Shown: positions 1 through 8,294, counted from the first letter of the stretch. The stretch is DNA of 32,000 bases from Paracoccus suum (GCF_003324675.1 NZ_CP030918.1:390001-422000), one strand, 5' to 3'. Numbers and translations are program-made. Notes: generated by a model not told the origin, from the sequence alone.

Positions 1-1291
1 TCTCGACCCGCTGCAGCCGGTCCCGGATTGCCTGTGCCCAGGCCACAGTATCCGCAGCACCCGACAACCGCGCAACGGTGTCGAGCGCTGGTCCGGCCGG
101 CGGCAGGACATGGGTCTGGGCGTCGCCCACCATTTGCACGCGATGCTCGACCTCGCGGTGGTGGCGATAGTGGTCGGTCAACTCACCCGCGACATCCACC
201 GGCACCCAGCCGGCGGTCGCGAGGGCGGCAAGCCCCTCCACGGTGCCGCGTTGCCGAAGTGCCGGGTCGCGCCCGCCGGCGATCAGCTGGCGGGTCTGGG
301 TAAAGAACTCGATCTCGCGGATGCCGCCTTGCCCCAGCTTCATGTCGTGGCCGGCGGCCTCGATCGGGCCGTGCAGGCCCTTGTGGTCGCGGATGCGCAG
401 GCGCATCGCATGGGCATCCTCGATCGCCGCGAAATCGAGGTGCTTGCGCCACACGAAGGGCCGCAGGGCTTCCAGAAAACGGCCGCCCGCCGCCAGATCG
501 CCCCCGCAGGGCCGGGCTTTGATATAGGCCGCCCGCTCCCATGTGCGTCCCTCGGCCTCGTAATAATCCAGCGCCGCCGAGGCCGAGATGCAGACCGGCG
601 TCACCGACGCATCCGGGCGCAGGCGCAGGTCAGTGCGAAAGACGTAACCTTCGGCCGTCAGGTCCGACAGCGTCGCCGCAGCGCGGCGCGTCACCTTGAT
701 CAAGGCGGCACGCGCCTCCTGCCGGTCGCCGGGATCATAGGCGTCGTCGTCGTAGAGGACGATCAGGTCGATATCGCTGCTGTAGTTCAGTTCGCCCGCG
801 CCCATCTTGCCCATGGCGAGCAGGATAAGCCCCCCGGCGTCCGCCCCGCCTTGGGGCATCCGCCCTCGCGCCTGTTCGGCTGCGAGATGGGCGCGAAAGG
901 ACAGGTCGACTGCGCGGTCCGCCAAGGCGGTCAGTGCGCCGGTGACTCGCTCCAGCGGCCAGACTCCGCCCAAATCGGCCAGTGCCGCCAGCAACGCCAC
1001 GCGCCGCTTGGCCCGCCGCAGACCGACGCCGAGGGCCGCGGCGTCCAGCGCCTCCAGCCCCGCGGTTTCGGTCGCGACCGGGTCCGCCTCGGGCGACCAT
1101 TGCGCGATCGCACCCTGCAACCACGCACCCTCGCGCTCGATCAGACCTGCAAGGTAGGGGCTGGAGCCGGCGGCCCCGCTAATCAGGCCAGCCAGATCGC
1201 CCTGCGCCCAGAGGCAGGACGCGGCCGCAGCCGCGCCGCGCGCGGGGTCGAAAGGCAGCGGCAGACGGGTGATGGCGTCGGCAAAAGGCAT
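1..1291 (-). CDS. glnE: Glutamine synthetase adenylyltransferase/adenylyl-removing enzyme GlnE, N-terminal part (5' partial, continues past the left edge)
   Basis: Manual reverse translation from ATG (complement of 1289-1291) gives MPFADAITRLPLPFDPARGAAAAASCLWAQGDLAGLISGAAGSSPYLAGLIE. Further in it gives LLAMGKMGAGELNYSSDIDLIVLYD and FRTDLRLRPD, typical of the GlnE nucleotidyltransferase domain. Open to position 1, so absent from the ORF track. The 110..1462 + ORF is its antisense shadow. Confidence 0.9.
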   Translation of the reverse strand, partial: MPFADAITRLPLPFDPARGAAAAASCLWAQGDLAGLISGAAGSSPYLAGLIEREGAWLQGAIAQWSPEADPVATETAGLEALDAAALGVGLRRAKRRVALLAALADLGGVWPLERVTGALTALADRAVDLSFRAHLAAEQARGRMPQGGADAGGLILLAMGKMGAGELNYSSDIDLIVLYDDDAYDPGDRQEARAALIKVTRRAAATLSDLTAEGYVFRTDLRLRPDASVTPVCISASAALDYYEAEGRTWERAAYIKARPCGGDLAAGGRFLEALRPFVWRKHLDFAAIEDAHAMRLRIRDHKGLHGPIEAAGHDMKLGQGGIREIEFFTQTRQLIAGGRDPALRQRGTVEGLAALATAGWVPVDVAGELTDHYRHHREVEHRVQMVGDAQTHVLPPAGPALDTVARLSGAADTVAWAQAIRDRLQRVE

Positions 1292-1461
1292 CCCGTCAGC
1301 CTAGCGCCGCCCAACGCCGCGTCAACGCGACCAATCCGCTTGGCGTGGCGTTCCGGTGTTGTTAGGGTCGGGCTTGACCTTCGGAAAAAACGCCGAGCCG
1401 CCCGCACGATGAACCGCGCCTTCGTCTGCCCTTGCGGCCTCCGAGCCGTCCGGTTGCCGTG

Positions 1462-2295
1462 ATGCGGCATACACTGTCCCACACCCCGCAATTCTACGTC
1501 ACGGCGCCGCAGCCCTGCCCCTATCTGCATGGCCGAGCCGAGCGCAAGCTGTTCACCGCCCTTGGCGGCGATGGCGCGGTCGAGTTGAACAACACCCTGT
1601 CGCGGCAGGGTTTTCGCCGCAGCCAGAACGTCCTTTATCGACCTTCTTGCGAAAGCTGCGTGGCCTGCATGTCGGCCCGCATCCGGGTTGACGACTTCAA
1701 GCCCTCGCGCACGCAGGGCCGGGTCGCGCGGCGCAATGCGGACTTGCAGCGCCTGACGACCAGCGCCTGGGCCACCGAGGAACAATACGATCTGTTCCGC
1801 ACCTATCTCGACTCCCGGCACGCCGACGGCGGTATGGCGGACATGGACGTGTTCGAATTCGCGGCGATGATCGAGGAGACGCCGGTCCGCACACGGCTGA
1901 TCGAATACCGGCTCGGCCCGCAGGCCGCAGAGGGCGGGGCCGGACGGCTGACGGCGGTCTGCCTGACCGACGTGCTCGATGACGGACTTAGCCTGGTCTA
2001 CAGCTTTTACGACCCGGCCTTGGGCGCTCGCAGCCTGGGCACGCATGTGATCCTGGATCATATCGCACTGGCGCGAGCGGCCGGGATGCCCTTCGTCTAT
2101 CTGGGCTACTGGGTGCCGGGCAGCCGGAAGATGGACTACAAGGCGCGGTTCGGAGCGCTGGAGATCTACAAGGGCGGCGTCTGGCGCGAGATTGGCGATC
2201 CGAACTCCCACAATGACGAGGCCCATCCGCTGTCGGTCGATCCCATCGTCGAGCAAGTGACCCGCATTTCCTTGCCGAACGGCGCAACGCGCTGA
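1462..2295 (+). CDS. bpt: Arginyl/leucyl-tRNA--protein transferase of the ATE/Bpt family (aspartate/glutamate leucyltransferase)
   Basis: [31 protein letters not shown]...[31 protein letters not shown] is characteristic of the Bpt N-terminus with its Cys cluster. ATG at 1462 chosen over the upstream in-frame start at 1432. High GC3. Confidence 0.88.
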   Translation: MRHTLSHTPQFYVTAPQPCPYLHGRAERKLFTALGGDGAVELNNTLSRQGFRRSQNVLYRPSCESCVACMSARIRVDDFKPSRTQGRVARRNADLQRLTTSAWATEEQYDLFRTYLDSRHADGGMADMDVFEFAAMIEETPVRTRLIEYRLGPQAAEGGAGRLTAVCLTDVLDDGLSLVYSFYDPALGARSLGTHVILDHIALARAAGMPFVYLGYWVPGSRKMDYKARFGALEIYKGGVWREIGDPNSHNDEAHPLSVDPIVEQVTRISLPNGATR

Positions 2296-2380
2296 TATAT
2301 CCTTGCGCACGTGCCTCGTCTTTCGACATAAAATTACGTTGAAACGGCGTTTACGGTCACTTTTTATCGCGCGGGCCGTT

Positions 2381-2444
2381 GACCCTGTCGCAGACGGCTC
2401 ATAGGTTGCGGCCCGCGGCAAGCGACACCGGGTCGTTTCTTTTT
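2381..2444 (+). terminator. Terminator/attenuator-like hairpin followed by a T-run, located between bpt and ilvI
   Basis: GACCCTGTCGC (2381-2391) pairs with GCGACA-CC-GGGTC (2422-2434, 2-nt bulge). An alternative shorter stem is CGGCCC (2409-2414) with GGGTCG (2430-2435). Directly followed by TTTCTTTTT (2436-2444). Ends 22 nt before the ilvI ATG. Confidence 0.5.
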
Positions 2445-2466
2445 GCGCAAATTACGTGAGGTCGGC

Positions 2467-4230
2467 ATGTCCCAGACGATGACGGGAGCGAGAATGGTGG
2501 TCGAGGCCCTGCGCGATCAGGGCGTCGACACGGTATTCGGCTATCCCGGGGGCGCTGTCCTTCCGATCTATGACGAGATATTCCAGCAAAACGACATTCA
2601 GCACATCCTCGTCCGGCACGAGCAGGGCGCAGTGCATATGGCCGAGGGCTATGCCCGCTCGACGGGCAAGCCGGGTGTGGTTCTGGTGACCTCGGGGCCG
2701 GGCGCCACCAATGCGGTCACGGGCATGACCGATGCGCTGATGGATTCCATTCCGCTGGTGGTGCTGTCGGGACAGGTGCCGACCTTCATGATCGGCACCG
2801 ACGCCTTTCAGGAGGCGGACACGGTCGGCATCACACGGCCCTGCACCAAGCATAACTGGCTGGTGAAGGATACCGACACACTGGCCGCGACCATCCATCG
2901 CGCCTTCGACGTCGCGACCATGGGCCGGCCCGGTCCCGTGCTGGTCGACATCCCCAAGGACGTGCAGTTCGCGACCGGCACCTATACCCCGCCAGCCGTC
3001 CCGGCGGAGGCGGCGCGCAAGGCCCCCCCGCCGGACCGCGAGGCCATCGCCCGACTGGTCAACCTGATCGAGCAGGCCGAGCGGCCGATCATCTATTCGG
3101 GTGGTGGCATCATCAACTCGGGCCCCGAGGCCAGCCGCCTGCTGCGCGAGTTTGCGGACGGCGCGGGCTTTCCCATCACTTCGACGCTGATGGGCCTCGG
3201 CTGCTACCCGGCCTCGGGCAAGAACTGGCTGGGCATGCTGGGCATGCACGGCCTTTACGAGGCCAACATGGCGATGCACGGGTGCGATCTGATGATCAAC
3301 CTCGGGGCGCGCTTTGACGACCGGATCACCGGCCGAGTCGCGGATTTCTCGCCCGGCTCGATCAAGGCGCATGTCGATATCGACCGCTCGAGCATCAACA
3401 AGGTGATCCGCGTCGATGTGCCGATCGTCGGCGATGTCGGCGAGGTGCTGGCCGAACTGCTCGCCCAGTGGACGGCGCGCGGCCGGCGCACCAACAGCGA
3501 AGCTGTCGGCCGCTGGTGGATCCAGATCAAAGAATGGCAGGCACGCGACTGCCTTGCCTATCGCAAATCCGAAAAGGTCATCAAACCGCAATACGCTCTG
3601 GAGCGGCTGGAGGCGTTGACCCGCGACCGGGATCGCTACATCACCACCGAGGTCGGCCAGCACCAGATGTGGGCGGCGCAGTATCTGAAGTACGACGAGC
3701 CCAACCGCTGGATGACATCGGGCGGCTTGGGGACGATGGGGTACGGCCTGCCGGCCAGCATCGGCGTGCAGGTCGCCCATCCCGAGGCCCTGGTCATCAA
3801 CGTCGCAGGCGATGCCAGCTGGTTGATGAACATGCAGGAAATGGGCACCGCGATCCAGTTTCGCGCGCCGGTCAAACAGTTCATCCTGAACAACGAGCGC
3901 CTGGGCATGGTCCGCCAGTGGCAGCAACTGCTGCATGGCGAGCGCTACAGCCAGTCCTGGTCAGAGAGCCTGCCCGATTTCGTCAAGCTGGCCGAGGCCT
4001 TCGGCTGTCGCGGCCGTCAGGTGCGTGATCCGGCCGAACTGGACGACGCGATCCGCGAGATGCTGGAATACGACGGGCCATTTATCCTGGATGTGCTGGT
4101 CGAAAAGCACGAGAACTGCCTGCCCATGATTCCGTCGGGCAAGCCCCATAACGAGATGCTGCTGAGCGATTCCGAGGCGGCCGAAGACATTGGCTCGGCG
4201 ATCAACGCCGGCGGCGCGGTTCTGGTTTAG
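2467..4230 (+). CDS. ilvI: Acetolactate synthase (acetohydroxyacid synthase) large catalytic subunit, ThDP/FAD-dependent
   Basis: MSQTMTGARMVVEALRDQGVDTVFGYPGGAVLPIYDE...GGLGTMGYGLPASIGVQVA...NNERLGMVRQWQ are canonical AHAS large-subunit motifs. GAGG Shine-Dalgarno 7 nt upstream of ATG 2467. Followed 6 nt later by the small subunit gene. Confidence 0.97.
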   Translation: MSQTMTGARMVVEALRDQGVDTVFGYPGGAVLPIYDEIFQQNDIQHILVRHEQGAVHMAEGYARSTGKPGVVLVTSGPGATNAVTGMTDALMDSIPLVVLSGQVPTFMIGTDAFQEADTVGITRPCTKHNWLVKDTDTLAATIHRAFDVATMGRPGPVLVDIPKDVQFATGTYTPPAVPAEAARKAPPPDREAIARLVNLIEQAERPIIYSGGGIINSGPEASRLLREFADGAGFPITSTLMGLGCYPASGKNWLGMLGMHGLYEANMAMHGCDLMINLGARFDDRITGRVADFSPGSIKAHVDIDRSSINKVIRVDVPIVGDVGEVLAELLAQWTARGRRTNSEAVGRWWIQIKEWQARDCLAYRKSEKVIKPQYALERLEALTRDRDRYITTEVGQHQMWAAQYLKYDEPNRWMTSGGLGTMGYGLPASIGVQVAHPEALVINVAGDASWLMNMQEMGTAIQFRAPVKQFILNNERLGMVRQWQQLLHGERYSQSWSESLPDFVKLAEAFGCRGRQVRDPAELDDAIREMLEYDGPFILDVLVEKHENCLPMIPSGKPHNEMLLSDSEAAEDIGSAINAGGAVLV

Positions 4231-4236
4231 GAAACG

Positions 4237-4797
4237 ATGATGGCACTGAAACTCGACAGCGGCGCATCCAGCCATTCCGCCTATGATCTGCGCGACCCGA
4301 ACCTGCAGGGCGAAGAGCGCCACACCCTCGCCGTCATGGTCGAGAACGAACCGGGCGTGCTTGCGCGCGTGATCGGCCTTTTTTCTGGTCGCGGCTATAA
4401 TATCGACAGCCTGACCGTGGCCGAGGTCGACCATACCGGCCACACCTCGCGCATCACGATGGTCACGCGGGGCACCCCGGCGGTGATCGAGCAGATCAAG
4501 GCCCAACTCGGCCGGATCGTGCCGGTCCATGACGTGCATGACCTGACCGTCGAGGGGCCTAGCGTCGAGCGCGAGCTTGGCCTTTACAAGGTGCAGGGAC
4601 AGGGCGAGCGTCGCGTCGAGGCGCTCCGCATCGCCGAGATTTTCCGCGCCAAGGTGGTTGATTCGACGCTTGAAAGCTTTGTGTTCGAGGTGACCGGGGC
4701 GCCCGAAAAGCTGGATGCCTTTGCCGATCTGGTGCGCCCTCTGGGATTGATGGATATGGCGCGCACCGGCGTCGCGGCGCTACGGCGCGGGGCCTGA
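4237..4797 (+). CDS. ilvH: Acetolactate synthase small (regulatory, ACT domain) subunit
   Basis: ERHTLAVMVENEPGVLARVIGLFSGRGYNIDSLTVAE is the hallmark AHAS small-subunit ACT motif. Adjacent to ilvI. Confidence 0.95.
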   Translation: MMALKLDSGASSHSAYDLRDPNLQGEERHTLAVMVENEPGVLARVIGLFSGRGYNIDSLTVAEVDHTGHTSRITMVTRGTPAVIEQIKAQLGRIVPVHDVHDLTVEGPSVERELGLYKVQGQGERRVEALRIAEIFRAKVVDSTLESFVFEVTGAPEKLDAFADLVRPLGLMDMARTGVAALRRGA

Positions 4798-4825
4798 GGC
4801 GCCGCCTCAGCGACGGCCCGAATAA

Positions 4826-5164
4826 CTAGCTCGCAGCGAGGACGCGCTGCGGAAGGACAATGATCTCGGCGGTGGGCGGGGCGGTGTCGTTGCTCTGGAT
4901 CACCGACAGATGGGACGCACGGCCGGTCAACATCTGCGGCAGCGGCGAGACGACCGAATCACCCAAGGGTTTGACGCAGCGGGCGCAGCGCAATTCGCCT
5001 TCGACCTCGGTATGCAATTCCAGCATGTCTCCCGGCTCGGGCCATCCATATTCAGCGGGGTAATCGATCCGGCCCACAAGATAGGCCAGCGCAGCATGGT
5101 CATCGCACCAGATGACCGCTTGCTCGCGTACTCGATTGCTCCAAACGACGACACCGATCATCAA
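4826..5164 (-). CDS. Hypothetical protein, 112 aa, no family recognised
   Basis: ORF MMIGVVVWSNRVREQAVIWCDDHAALAYLVGRIDYPAEYGWPEPGDMLELHTEVEGELRCARCVKPL... with GGGGAA upstream of the ATG. Moderate third-position GC bias. Sits in a locally lower-GC pocket downstream of the M48 gene on the same strand. Confidence 0.55.
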   Translation of the reverse strand: MMIGVVVWSNRVREQAVIWCDDHAALAYLVGRIDYPAEYGWPEPGDMLELHTEVEGELRCARCVKPLGDSVVSPLPQMLTGRASHLSVIQSNDTAPPTAEIIVLPQRVLAAS

Positions 5165-5288
5165 TTTTTCCCCGGCCCTTGCGCGATTGCCACGCGCTTG
5201 GCCGACAATTAGGCGCTTTGACGCAAAGTGAAAGCGTTTTCATATCCAAACGCTACGTCGGAGGCAGATTGCCGCGCCTCGTTGTGAT

Positions 5289-6050
5289 TCAGTAAAATCG
5301 GCCTCGCTGCAGGTCCGCAACTGCACGTTGAACCGTCGCAATTCGTTCCGCCCGGGCCGGGTGCGAGCCAAGTACGCGATTGCCCGGATCGGGAATGCGC
5401 ATGAAGAACTGTGCCCCGTGCAGCGGATCGTATCCGGCGTTCCGGGTAATGATCGCGCCCAGATAGTCGGCCTGCAGCTCCCAGTCCTTGGAATAATAAC
5501 GCGCGCCGAACTGCGCGCCGAACTGCTGGGCGCCCTGGATCGCGCGAGGATCGGCCCCGCCGACGCTGGCCAGCGCCCCGAAAATCAGCGCTCCATTGCG
5601 GGCCGAGGCGTTCTTTTGCGTGATGTGGTTGAGAATATGGTGCGAGGCCTCGTGGCCCACCACAAATGCCAATTCGTCGGCATTTCTTGCCGCGGCAATC
5701 AGCGCCAGCGTAAAGCCGATAATCGGACGGCCATACGGATCAACCGCCTGGAACGCGTTGATCTCCTGGCGCGGGTCGGATTCGACGGTGAACTGGAAGT
5801 CGCAGTTGATCGGTGCCGTCCGACGCTGCAGGCACTCGCGCTCTACGGCTGGCTCCATCCGCTTCAGGACCTCCACGAAGGCACGCGCGGTGCCGGCGGC
5901 ATCCCCGGAAAAGTCGCGCGAGGCTGTGGCCGGGGGCGGCGCCGTACGCACGGGCGCTGTTGGCGCGTACACCGGAGCGGAAACCGGTGCGCAGCCCGCC
6001 AGAAAGGACATACCGGCCAACAGGGCCGCAAGTGAGGCGCGCAGCGTCAT
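5289..6050 (-). CDS. M48 family zinc metallopeptidase, predicted lipoprotein
   Basis: HEASHHILNH (HExxH) zinc motif. The N-terminus MTLRASLAALLAGMSFLAGC has a signal peptide plus lipobox (LAGC). I place the start at ATG 6050, because the track's extension to 6353 is low-complexity and overlaps the divergent 81-aa gene. Confidence 0.85.
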   Translation of the reverse strand: MTLRASLAALLAGMSFLAGCAPVSAPVYAPTAPVRTAPPPATASRDFSGDAAGTARAFVEVLKRMEPAVERECLQRRTAPINCDFQFTVESDPRQEINAFQAVDPYGRPIIGFTLALIAAARNADELAFVVGHEASHHILNHITQKNASARNGALIFGALASVGGADPRAIQGAQQFGAQFGARYYSKDWELQADYLGAIITRNAGYDPLHGAQFFMRIPDPGNRVLGSHPARAERIATVQRAVADLQRGRFY

Positions 6051-6180
6051 GTCCCATCGTCTCCGTAGCTGACCAACCGGTCCGGGTGCAGTTTGGCCCG
6101 CGCGCGCTGCGGCTTCAACCGGCGCCATTGCGGCCAGCGCCCACTCACGCGATTGTTGGCGCCGACCAGAGGGACTGCAG

Positions 6181-6426
6181 ATGTTCACCATAGAGCACGA
6201 ATTCGACGCCACCGTCATCACGCTGGTGGACGAGGGCCATGGGGAGGCCCGCCCGCTGGAGGAAGATGTTGTGATCCTGGGTTTTGATGACCGGGTGGTG
6301 ATCGAACAACCGGACCCGCTAAGCGGGCTGGTACGGCGAATCACGCTGAGCATGGCGCAACTCGCCGACCTGCGCGCCGCGCTCGATCTGCCCGAGGGAA
6401 GTTATCGTTTGCGGCCAAGAGGTTAG
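6181..6426 (+). CDS. Hypothetical small acidic protein, 81 aa
   Basis: MFTIEHEFDATVITLVDEGHGEARPLEEDVVILGFDDRVVIEQPDPL...; strong GC3 codon bias; AGAGGGA Shine-Dalgarno about 7 nt upstream; divergent from the M48 gene. Confidence 0.6.
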   Translation: MFTIEHEFDATVITLVDEGHGEARPLEEDVVILGFDDRVVIEQPDPLSGLVRRITLSMAQLADLRAALDLPEGSYRLRPRG

Positions 6427-6560
6427 GCGGATATAGGCGCGCGGACACTGCGGGCCTGGTACCATCAATGCCATCGGCCAATCCTTGCCACCCCTTTTAT
6501 GTTTGCTTGACCCGTCAGCCAAGGCCGGGCCAAACAGCCGCAAATTCAGCGGGGATTCCC

Positions 6561-7130
6561 ATGCCAGTTCGCAGCGATGCAGCTCTCGCGTTTCTGGCAA
6601 GCCGCCGGTCGGTGCCACCGAAACTCCTCAGCGGACCGGGCCCGGAGGGCGCGGCGCTGGAACAGTTGCTGACCCTCGCCATCCGGGTGCCCGACCATGG
6701 CAAGCTCGCGCCCTGGCGGCTGATCGTCCTGTCCCGAACGCGGCTTGATCAGATGGTGGCGCCGATCACCGCTGCCATGACCGCACAGGGCGCGGGCGAG
6801 GCGGTAATCGCCAAGGCGATCTCGGCCCTCGCCTCGCCTCTGATTGTCGCAGTGATCTTGTCCCCAGTCGCCAGCGACAAGATTCCCCTGCGCGAGCAGG
6901 TGATGTCGGCGGCTTCGGTGTGCCTGACGCTGCTGCAGGCCGCACTGGCCGCAGGTTGGGGAGCCGCCTGGCTGACGGGCCCGCTGGCAGAGGACAAACT
7001 GGCGCGAGACCTGTTGGCCCTCGGCGAGGGCGAGAGCGTCGCGGGCCTGATCCACATCGGCCGCTTTGACGGCGAGGCCCTGCCCGACCGTCCACGCCCC
7101 GAGCTGGCGGACAAAGTGAGCTTTCTCTAG
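6561..7130 (+). CDS. Nitroreductase family protein
   Basis: MPVRSDAALAFLASRRSVPPKLLSGPGPEGAALEQLLTLAIRVPDHGKLAPWRLIVL matches the conserved nitroreductase N-terminal RRS...PDHG..PW pattern. ATG at 6561 preferred to the upstream 6468 start. Confidence 0.85.
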   Translation: MPVRSDAALAFLASRRSVPPKLLSGPGPEGAALEQLLTLAIRVPDHGKLAPWRLIVLSRTRLDQMVAPITAAMTAQGAGEAVIAKAISALASPLIVAVILSPVASDKIPLREQVMSAASVCLTLLQAALAAGWGAAWLTGPLAEDKLARDLLALGEGESVAGLIHIGRFDGEALPDRPRPELADKVSFL

Positions 7131-7192
7131 CTTTCCCCCTGCTGTACGCTTGTCGGGACGGGTGCTGCCGCCTGTCGCCATTGCGAGATCAA

Positions 7193-7576
7193 ATGTCGAG
7201 CGAGATTGACAGCGTCCTCGCGGCTATTTCCGGCTGCTACGCCGGCTTTTGCGGCGGTCATGCTGCCATGGCGGAGCGCTATTGGCTGCACCCGGCGATG
7301 ATCGTCGACACATCCGGCGCGCGGAAGGTGGGCGGTAGCGACGAACCGCAATGGCTCGGCAGCTGCGGGTTGCGCTGTGCCATCAGCGCCGCCCCCGCCC
7401 AGGTCCGGCTGTACCGGCGCCTGGGGCGGGACCTCGCCAGCGTCAACATGGCCCAGTATGAACATCCCGGCCGGCCCGCGGGCTGTCCGCTGCCCGTCGG
7501 AACGTTTTTCCTGAACCGCCAGTCCGACGCATCCACTGACGTGTGGCGCATTCGCATGCTGGCGCGCAGCGTCTGA
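7193..7576 (+). CDS. Hypothetical protein, possibly NTF2/SnoaL-like fold
   Basis: Strong GC3 bias on the + frame, so the 7127..7891 minus ORF is the shadow. C-terminal ...GTFFLNRQSDASTDVWRIRMLA resembles the terminal strand of DUF4440/SnoaL-like domains. Its stop TGA lies 1 nt before the next gene's ATG. Confidence 0.5.
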   Translation: MSSEIDSVLAAISGCYAGFCGGHAAMAERYWLHPAMIVDTSGARKVGGSDEPQWLGSCGLRCAISAAPAQVRLYRRLGRDLASVNMAQYEHPGRPAGCPLPVGTFFLNRQSDASTDVWRIRMLARSV

Positions 7577-7577
7577 C

Positions 7578-8294
7578 ATGGTGGTTCTCAGGGCCCTCGT
7601 GCTGGCGCTGTCAGACATGCTTCGGCCGTCCCTGCTGGGGCTGGTCGGCCGCGCGCTGCTGCTGACGCTAGCGGTGCTGATTGCCCTGCAGGCCTCGGTG
7701 ACGGTGGCCATCCGGCTTTTCGCGCCGCACGACCTCGACCTGCCCTGGCTGGGGACGGTGGCGGTCGGCAATTTGTTGTCCTGGGGCTCGCTGGCGCTGC
7801 TGCCGGTGCTGGCGCTGGTGCTGATGGCGCCGGTCGCGGCGCTGTTCTGCGGCATGATGTCGGACAACGTCGCCTCGCGGATCGAGGGCATCCACTACCC
7901 GGCCCGCCGCGGCCGCGAGCAGTCCTTTCGCGCCGGTCTTGCCGATGGCATCTCCGTCATGCTGATCGTGCTGGTCTTCAGCCTGGCCATGCTGGTGCTG
8001 TCGCCGGTGCTGGGGCCCGCCGCGCACCTGCTGTTCTACGGTGGGAACGGCTGGCTGCTGGGACGCGAGTTCTTTCAGTCCGCCGCCGTCCGCCACCTGC
8101 CCGCGGTCGAAGCGGCGGCGCTGCGACGGTCGATGTCAGGCAAGGTGACGGCCGCCGGCACGATGGTCGCCCTGCTGCTGACTGTGCCGGTGCTGAACAT
8201 CCTGGTGCCGGTGATGGCGATGGCCGCCTTCACCCACCTCTATCACCTCAGCGCCGCAGGATCTGATCCCAGGTCCCGATATCCGCGCGGGTAA
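7578..8294 (+). CDS. EI24/CysZ-like (DUF540) integral membrane protein
   Basis: Multi-pass hydrophobic protein: MVVLRALVLALSDMLRPSLLGLVGRALLLTLAVLIAL...MSDNVASRIEGIHYP...GNGWLLGREFF. The pattern is typical of EI24/CysZ family proteins. Translationally coupled to the upstream ORF. Confidence 0.72.
   Translation: MVVLRALVLALSDMLRPSLLGLVGRALLLTLAVLIALQASVTVAIRLFAPHDLDLPWLGTVAVGNLLSWGSLALLPVLALVLMAPVAALFCGMMSDNVASRIEGIHYPARRGREQSFRAGLADGISVMLIVLVFSLAMLVLSPVLGPAAHLLFYGGNGWLLGREFFQSAAVRHLPAVEAAALRRSMSGKVTAAGTMVALLLTVPVLNILVPVMAMAAFTHLYHLSAAGSDPRSRYPRG

Noticed and set aside
110-1462. 450-aa plus-strand ORF across the left end of the window
   Set aside because: It is Arg/Ala/Gly/Pro-rich and low-complexity. 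It lies exactly antisense to a frame that translates into a clean GlnE N-terminal domain. This is a shadow ORF typical of high-GC DNA.
2303-2404. TTG-initiated 33-codon ORF as a possible ilvIH leader peptide
   Set aside because: It has no ATG, no Shine-Dalgarno, and no consecutive Ile/Leu/Val codons (LRTCLVFRHKITLKRRLRSLFIARAVDPVADGS). It does not look like a BCAA attenuation leader.
1183-2421. 412-aa minus-strand ORF overlapping bpt
   Set aside because: It is antisense to a well-supported Bpt coding frame with proper GC3 bias. The product is Arg/Ala-rich with no motifs.
2452-3936. 494-aa minus-strand ORF inside ilvI
   Set aside because: It is antisense to an unambiguous acetolactate synthase frame, so it is a shadow ORF.
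4794-4810. CTGAGGCG-C-CGCCTCAG palindrome between the convergent ilvH and the 112-aa gene, as a bidirectional terminator
   Set aside because: It forms at best a 6-bp stem with a 5-nt loop and has no flanking T/A runs, so the support is too weak to list as a feature.
6051-6353. N-terminal 101-residue extension of the M48 peptidase ORF
   Set aside because: The extension is Ser/Thr/Arg-rich low complexity and overlaps the oppositely oriented 81-aa gene. The internal ATG at 6050 gives a textbook lipoprotein signal peptide.
7127-7891. 254-aa minus-strand ORF spanning the NTF2-like and EI24-like genes
   Set aside because: The product is Ser/Ala/Thr-rich with no motifs. The plus-strand frames carry the GC3 bias and a recognisable membrane-protein pattern.
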